A stretch of DNA of 20,000 bases from an uncultured virus (IMG/VR IMGVR_UViG_3300044678_003135) (lineage: Duplodnaviria; Heunggongvirae; Uroviricota; Caudoviricetes). Location: the IMG/VR virus record IMGVR_UViG_3300044678_003135. One strand, given 5' to 3'. The stretch's first letter is position 1; each line of letters starts with the position of its first letter. Both the position numbers and the translations under genes were made by a program. The notes beneath the pieces were generated by a model. It made no database searches. It worked only from the letters and a program-made list of their open reading frames with translations, and was not told where the DNA came from. Of this stretch, positions 16,223 to 20,000 are shown piece after piece.

Positions 16223-16527
16223 CCCTCCTGGACGTTCACCACGGATTGCTGACCGCCAGCGCCGTGGTGCAGGCATTCACCGGAATTGTGGTGCGGCTCT
16301 GGCTGGCCTGCCTTGCCTGGCACATGCTTTTCGGCTCCGGCCTTAAGTGGAGAGGGTTCCGTCGACCCCAGCTTCACGGGAAGCCCGTGATGGCGGTTCG
16401 GGTCTCGGTGTCGTTCTTCCCTGAAGCCGGCAAGTTCAGGAGGTTGCCCTTGATCCCAAGGCGCGAGCCCTACGAGTGGATGTGGTGCTGGATGTGGTTC
16501 CAGGTCAGGTGGGACTGGATCACATGA
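16219..16527 (+). CDS. Hydrophobic, Trp-rich hypothetical protein
   Basis: GGAGG plus ATGA coupling; N-terminal hydrophobic segment. Confidence 0.55.
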   Translation: MTLLDVHHGLLTASAVVQAFTGIVVRLWLACLAWHMLFGSGLKWRGFRRPQLHGKPVMAVRVSVSFFPEAGKFRRLPLIPRREPYEWMWCWMWFQVRWDWIT

Positions 16528-16681
16528 CCTGCCCACACCTCGACGCCGCCCCGCCCGTCCTGCTACTTGTGCGTTACAGTATGGGCATCGGGGAGAGACA
16601 ACCCCGCTAGGCGCCACCCACGCGCCGATCCGCCCCCAGTAGTCCGGGGGCACACAAAGCATTCCCCATCGCTCCCCAGCC

Positions 16682-16978
16682 ATGACTGCCACCCCCGACA
16701 TTGAAGTTCTTTGTTCTGACTATTGCAACAAAGCAACGTTTTGTGGCCTAACGGAAAAAGGCAAAAAAGCAATCAAGGAGGCTAAGTCAGTGTTTGATTT
16801 TGTTTTATGCGCTGATCGTAGTTCAAGATATGGCTTAACCCCGCACGATATTGTTGTTGGCAAGCATTACGAAGCTGAGCTTTGGAACTGGCTTCAAGCC
16901 AGAGCTTGCGTAAGGGGGCCACAGCTTGAGTATTGCTACGACGAAGACGGCAAGCCTCTTACGGCCTTTGCCACCTGA
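16682..16978 (+). CDS. Hypothetical protein, AT-rich cassette
   Basis: ATG ORF visibly lower in GC than its flanks, preceded by a repeated leader. Confidence 0.7.
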   Translation: MTATPDIEVLCSDYCNKATFCGLTEKGKKAIKEAKSVFDFVLCADRSSRYGLTPHDIVVGKHYEAELWNWLQARACVRGPQLEYCYDEDGKPLTAFAT

Positions 16979-17030
16979 CCCCCACGGCCCGCTTAAGCCC
17001 ACCAAGCACCCTTCCCACCGCTCCCCAGCC

Positions 17031-17180
17031 ATGTTCCGCTACGAAATCTCCTTCACTCTCCCTGGATCAACCCGCCTCATAGTTGAGGTCAAGGAATCAA
17101 ACGCACCATGGGAGGCCACCGACCAGGTCCGGGCTGAGTACGGCGCCGACATCAAAATCATGCAAACCCGTTGCCTCTGA
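17031..17180 (+). CDS. Small hypothetical protein (MFRYEISFTL..., 49 aa)
   Basis: Starts at the ATG of the repeated leader. Confidence 0.65.
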   Translation: MFRYEISFTLPGSTRLIVEVKESNAPWEATDQVRAEYGADIKIMQTRCL

Positions 17181-17242
17181 TGCCTGACCCCCCCCGGCCC
17201 GCCGGGGCTTTCCCGGCAACTCATTCCACTACATTCAAACCA

Positions 17243-17497
17243 ATGGACCTTTCCAAGAACATGCAATCCGAAACTGACATGGGCAGGTGGACGCTTGAAA
17301 ATAACCTCGCGGTCTACAGGCATTGGCACGGGAGGGAAGACCGTTACAACCGACCCGGGCTGGAAGCGGCCATCCTAAACGTAAAAAACAATCGTAACTC
17401 TTACGCAACTTATGAAGCCTATGAACGGGATTGGTTTCATTTTGAGAGGGGCCTAGGCCTTTTCAGGGCCGCCGAAGCTGCGCATCAAGCCACCTAG
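17243..17497 (+). CDS. Hypothetical protein, AT-rich cassette
   Basis: Internal ATG of track ORF 17171..17497, after a hairpin and A/C-rich leader. Confidence 0.65.
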   Translation: MDLSKNMQSETDMGRWTLENNLAVYRHWHGREDRYNRPGLEAAILNVKNNRNSYATYEAYERDWFHFERGLGLFRAAEAAHQAT

Positions 17498-17524
17498 CCC
17501 CCACCACCCACCGCACGCACCGTC

Positions 17525-17755
17525 ATGGCAAACCGGCCTGATACTTCAACCGTCTCCGAATGGATCGTTGCAACTGATCTGCATGCCGCGACCGATCAGC
17601 TGGCGGCAGCCTTTCGCCCCGTTGGCATTGCAGCCCGTCGCGCTGCGGCCAGACTTGAGCCGCTGTATCGCCTAATTATTCAAGCCGAGCGAGGTAGCCC
17701 CATCGGCCGCAAACGGCGCGCACGCCGCGCCAGGGGCCGCCGCCGCCATGCCTGA
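17525..17755 (+). CDS. Hypothetical protein with Arg-rich tail
   Basis: ATG ORF overlapping the next start by 8 nt. Confidence 0.55.
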   Translation: MANRPDTSTVSEWIVATDLHAATDQLAAAFRPVGIAARRAAARLEPLYRLIIQAERGSPIGRKRRARRARGRRRHA

Positions 17756-17957
17756 CTCCACCAAATGGGCCCGTTACCGGGCCCGGCTGGTCGGCAACCT
17801 TCCCCCAGTGCCGCTGTGCCCCACGTGCGGCCGAAAGATCCGTGGTGCGGGCCGTGATGGCCTCTGCTCCCGCTGCTGGGCCGCTACGCCTGCCGGTCGA
17901 GAAGACCTCAGGCAGCGAGTTGCTCGCTCTCGTCGGCGAGCTGCAGGGGGGAGCTGA
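17748..17957 (+). CDS. Small zinc-finger protein (CPTC...CSRC)
   Basis: Two CxxC pairs and a basic C-terminal helix. Confidence 0.7.
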   Translation: MPDSTKWARYRARLVGNLPPVPLCPTCGRKIRGAGRDGLCSRCWAATPAGREDLRQRVARSRRRAAGGS

Positions 17958-18390
17958 GCAGTTTCCACCGCTTCGCCAGCAGCGGCCGGTGGCCAGCCAG
18001 AAAGTTGCGCACCGTGTTGAACGGGATCCCCTTGGCTGAAGCGAAGGCCCGCTCCTGGCCGACGATGATCTCCTGCGCCCGCCCACCCGCTTGATCCCTC
18101 AGCCGCCACCTAGGCGCCTCGATGTCGTTGGGCTGGTCATCGGCGGAGCGCTTCACCCACCAGATCCAGGTGCCCCCCCCGTTGCCCCGGGTCACCCGCC
18201 GCAGCAGGCCCTGCCGCTCCAGCCGGGACAAGCAACGGTTCAGGGTCGCCCGCTCGCTGCCCAGCTGTTCCGCCAGATCGGTGAGCGTTGGCCACCACCC
18301 GGGCACCAGCTGCTCGATCTGCACCAGCGTCATTGCCTGCTCCGCCCGCAGCTCGCGCCGCAGCTTCGCCAGGTAGGCGGGTTGCATCAT
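17908..18390 (-). CDS. MarR-like winged-HTH protein with a second small C-terminal HTH-like domain
   Basis: TLTDLAEQLGSERATLNRCLSRLERQGLLRR; C-terminal AFASAKGIPFNTVRNFLAG. ATG 18390 overlaps the upstream stop (ATGA). Confidence 0.8.
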   Translation of the reverse strand: MMQPAYLAKLRRELRAEQAMTLVQIEQLVPGWWPTLTDLAEQLGSERATLNRCLSRLERQGLLRRVTRGNGGGTWIWWVKRSADDQPNDIEAPRWRLRDQAGGRAQEIIVGQERAFASAKGIPFNTVRNFLAGHRPLLAKRWKLLSSPLQLADESEQLAA

Positions 18391-18668
18391 CGCTTCAGAC
18401 AGAACCACCACGGCCGCCAGGCGCGCTTGGCCTGCCCCCCCTCGCTGCGCCCTCCTGCTGGCCCCAGGGCGGCGGCCACCTCCAGCTCCATGATTCGCCG
18501 GTGGGCTTTCTCCACGGTCCGTTGAAGAATTGCCTGCTCTCGGGCCAGCAGCAGTGCCTGGTGCAGCACGGCCTCAGGATTGCGCCTGGTTGCTACGGGG
18601 GAGATCGAGATGGCCGGGCCCTGCTGCTGATCTGCCCGAGCTGTGGCCGCAATGCCCGCGTGCTGCAT
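18387..18668 (-). CDS. Coiled-coil phage protein, possibly 5'-truncated
   Basis: EAVLHQALLLAREQAILQRTVEKAHRRIMELE...RPWW; stop coupled to the HTH gene start; upstream part is antisense to another gene. Confidence 0.45.
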   Translation of the reverse strand: MQHAGIAATARADQQQGPAISISPVATRRNPEAVLHQALLLAREQAILQRTVEKAHRRIMELEVAAALGPAGGRSEGGQAKRAWRPWWFCLKR

Positions 18669-19133
18669 CGCCCTCCGGCAAAGGGCTGGGGTTGCTGGAG
18701 CTGCACCCCCGTTTCGCGTCGTTCCCATCGCCGGCCAGGTGCCCGAGCCGGGCAACCGAAGCCCCACAGCTGGAGGCGCCATCAGATCGCTGCCCAGCAA
18801 CGCCGCTGTGCCGATCTGCTGGGGCTGTACTGGCCACCGCGGGCTTTGTTCTGGTCGACCGCCGACCTATTGGCGATGCCGCGCCGCCCTGGGTCTCCCC
18901 GGATCAGCCGGCCGCGGGCCGTTGCTTTGGCCCTGCGCCTGACCGCGCTGGAGACGTTGCGCTGGTCTATGCCCTGGCCAGCTCTGCTGACCCGCTTCGC
19001 GGAACGACAACTGGGGTATCAATCACCGGAGGAAACGGGAGAGTTTCGGAAGCAGCAGGCCACCGCGAGAGGGCTTCTTGTGGTCACCGCCTGGGCCGTG
19101 CGGAGGCCTTCGCGTGTTCGGCGGGAACCGTAG
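18561..19133 (+). CDS. Zn-finger mobile-element protein (GG...CPxCGR..VL......CxxC), possibly 5'-truncated
   Basis: CYGG....ALLLICPSCGRNARVLHRPP..GWGCWSC...RRSH resembles a widespread prophage/ICE hypothetical family; start uncertain (GTG 18561). Confidence 0.6.
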   Translation: MQHGLRIAPGCYGGDRDGRALLLICPSCGRNARVLHRPPAKGWGCWSCTPVSRRSHRRPGARAGQPKPHSWRRHQIAAQQRRCADLLGLYWPPRALFWSTADLLAMPRRPGSPRISRPRAVALALRLTALETLRWSMPWPALLTRFAERQLGYQSPEETGEFRKQQATARGLLVVTAWAVRRPSRVRREP

Positions 19134-19349
19134 CAACTGAGATCACTTCCCCCACTGCAGGCATCTCACTACATCAGCGTCGATGGCGCCCGAAGCGCCC
19201 TTACCTCCTTCCCTATTTGCAAGGGATCTCGGCGAAGTGAGAGCTTCCCCCCTTCCTGATGTAGCCGTTTTCTGAAGCTGAGCCGTTATCTGTCTGTGGG
19301 GTGTGCTGAAACGACGGACCTAACTTTTTGGCAGCCGCACCGATTGCCC

Positions 19350-19547
19350 ATGCCCACCAGCCCCGCCCCCTCGTTGGTCGTCCCCGACCTTCGCCGCCGG
19401 GGGCAGAGCCAAACGCCTGTCACTCTGCGCCTGTCGAGTGATCTGATTGCCGGTCTCGATCACCAGGCCGACCGCCTGCAAACCACGCGAGCCGGGTTGA
19501 TCCGCGCCCTGCTGGTGAAGGGGGTGGAGCAACTGCGGGGGAGCTGA
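19350..19547 (+). CDS. Ribbon-helix-helix (CopG-like) protein
   Basis: PVTLRLSSDLIAGLDHQADRLQTTRAGLIRALL. Confidence 0.8.
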   Translation: MPTSPAPSLVVPDLRRRGQSQTPVTLRLSSDLIAGLDHQADRLQTTRAGLIRALLVKGVEQLRGS

Positions 19548-19608
19548 GGTCGCCCCATGGCACCCCTTGCGCCCACCGATACCTTTGAGCCGAGCCGTCT
19601 TACAAACG

Positions 19609-19779
19609 ATGCCGGCAACTTCTACCGATCAGTCCGCGGCGCGTCGATCGCTGCTCAACTTCCGGGTTGCCCCTGGGGAGCGCGAGCAGTTGCAGCGAAT
19701 CGCGGCAGAGCAGGGGATCCCCCTCTCCGAATTGATCCGGCGGGGGTTGCAGTCGCAAGGCTTCCAGCCTCAGAGGTAA
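19609..19779 (+). CDS. Ribbon-helix-helix (CopG/MobC-like) protein
   Basis: LLNFRVAPGEREQLQRIAAEQGIPLSELIRRGL. Confidence 0.8.
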   Translation: MPATSTDQSAARRSLLNFRVAPGEREQLQRIAAEQGIPLSELIRRGLQSQGFQPQR

Positions 19780-20000
19780 GCAGTCGCCTCCTGAAAGGCG
19801 AAAGGGGCCCCCGGCGCCAACCGGGAACCCCTCTCGATGCACACACAACCCAGAACCGCGGACTGTTTCGAAGGCAGGGAACGCGGGGTCTGGGGTCAGC
19901 CAAGGAAACCCCCCGAAAAGAGCCCTATGACTTTTAAGCATCCAGGGGAAGCACCCCCTGAAAGCAACGTCCCACAAGGGGACCGCTGCCAGAATTATAG

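Larger units (their letters stand above)
16670..17504 (+). repeat. Repeated start-flank and stop-flank motifs around small genes
   Basis: CGCTCCCCAGCCATG at 16670 and 17019; GCCACC(TGA/TAG)CCCCCAC at 16970 and 17489; CCTGACCCCC(A/CC)CGGCCCGC at 16974 and 17183. Confidence 0.75.
1..18590. mobile_element. Temperate phage/prophage region (recombination, regulation, replication and DNA packaging modules); extends beyond the left edge
   Basis: TerL, TerS-like, ParB-N, ERF, DUF2303, phage replication initiator and lysin-like genes in tightly coupled operons (many ATGA overlaps); no host housekeeping genes. Right boundary is tentative. Confidence 0.9.

Noticed and set aside
18589..19137. Invertible segment defined by the 10-bp inverted repeat
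   Set aside because: Inverting it by hand did not restore a convincing N-terminus for either gene, and 10-bp inverted matches are expected by chance in 20 kb.
19350..19779. Toxin-antitoxin pair
   Set aside because: Both ORFs look like RHH proteins; no toxin fold recognised.
1..20000. tRNA, rRNA, reverse transcriptase/DGR, or integrase with att site
   Set aside because: None recognised by eye; a tRNAscan-SE or Infernal run would be needed to exclude small RNAs.

Overview
GC-rich temperate phage or prophage segment, probably from a picocyanobacterium (Cyanobium/Synechococcus-like). The host is inferred from remembered family resemblances, not from a search. A leftward operon holds an ERF-type annealing protein, the YfdQ(DUF2303)/YfdP pair, a DUF559-like endonuclease, small ORFs and the 5' part of a probable peptidase-M15 lysin running off the left edge. 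A central switch region holds a repressor-like gene. A rightward operon holds a lambda-O-like replication initiator with an internal iteron array, a Zn-binding ORF, a seemingly inactivated PD-(D/E)XK exonuclease homologue, a DUF5664 dNTP diphosphohydrolase and a minimal PolX. After an antisense large-serine-recombinase-like gene lacking its catalytic domain come ParB-N, a four-HTH protein, TerS and TerL. No portal follows TerL: instead there are small variable ORFs with repeated flanking motifs, a winged-HTH gene, a head-to-head junction near 18.59 kb, and two tandem ribbon-helix-helix genes that may belong to another element. Most striking are the repressor-like HTH apparently split by a CBM5/12-like module, the stripped-down enzymes, and the repeat-bounded gene cassettes. 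All family calls are by eye.
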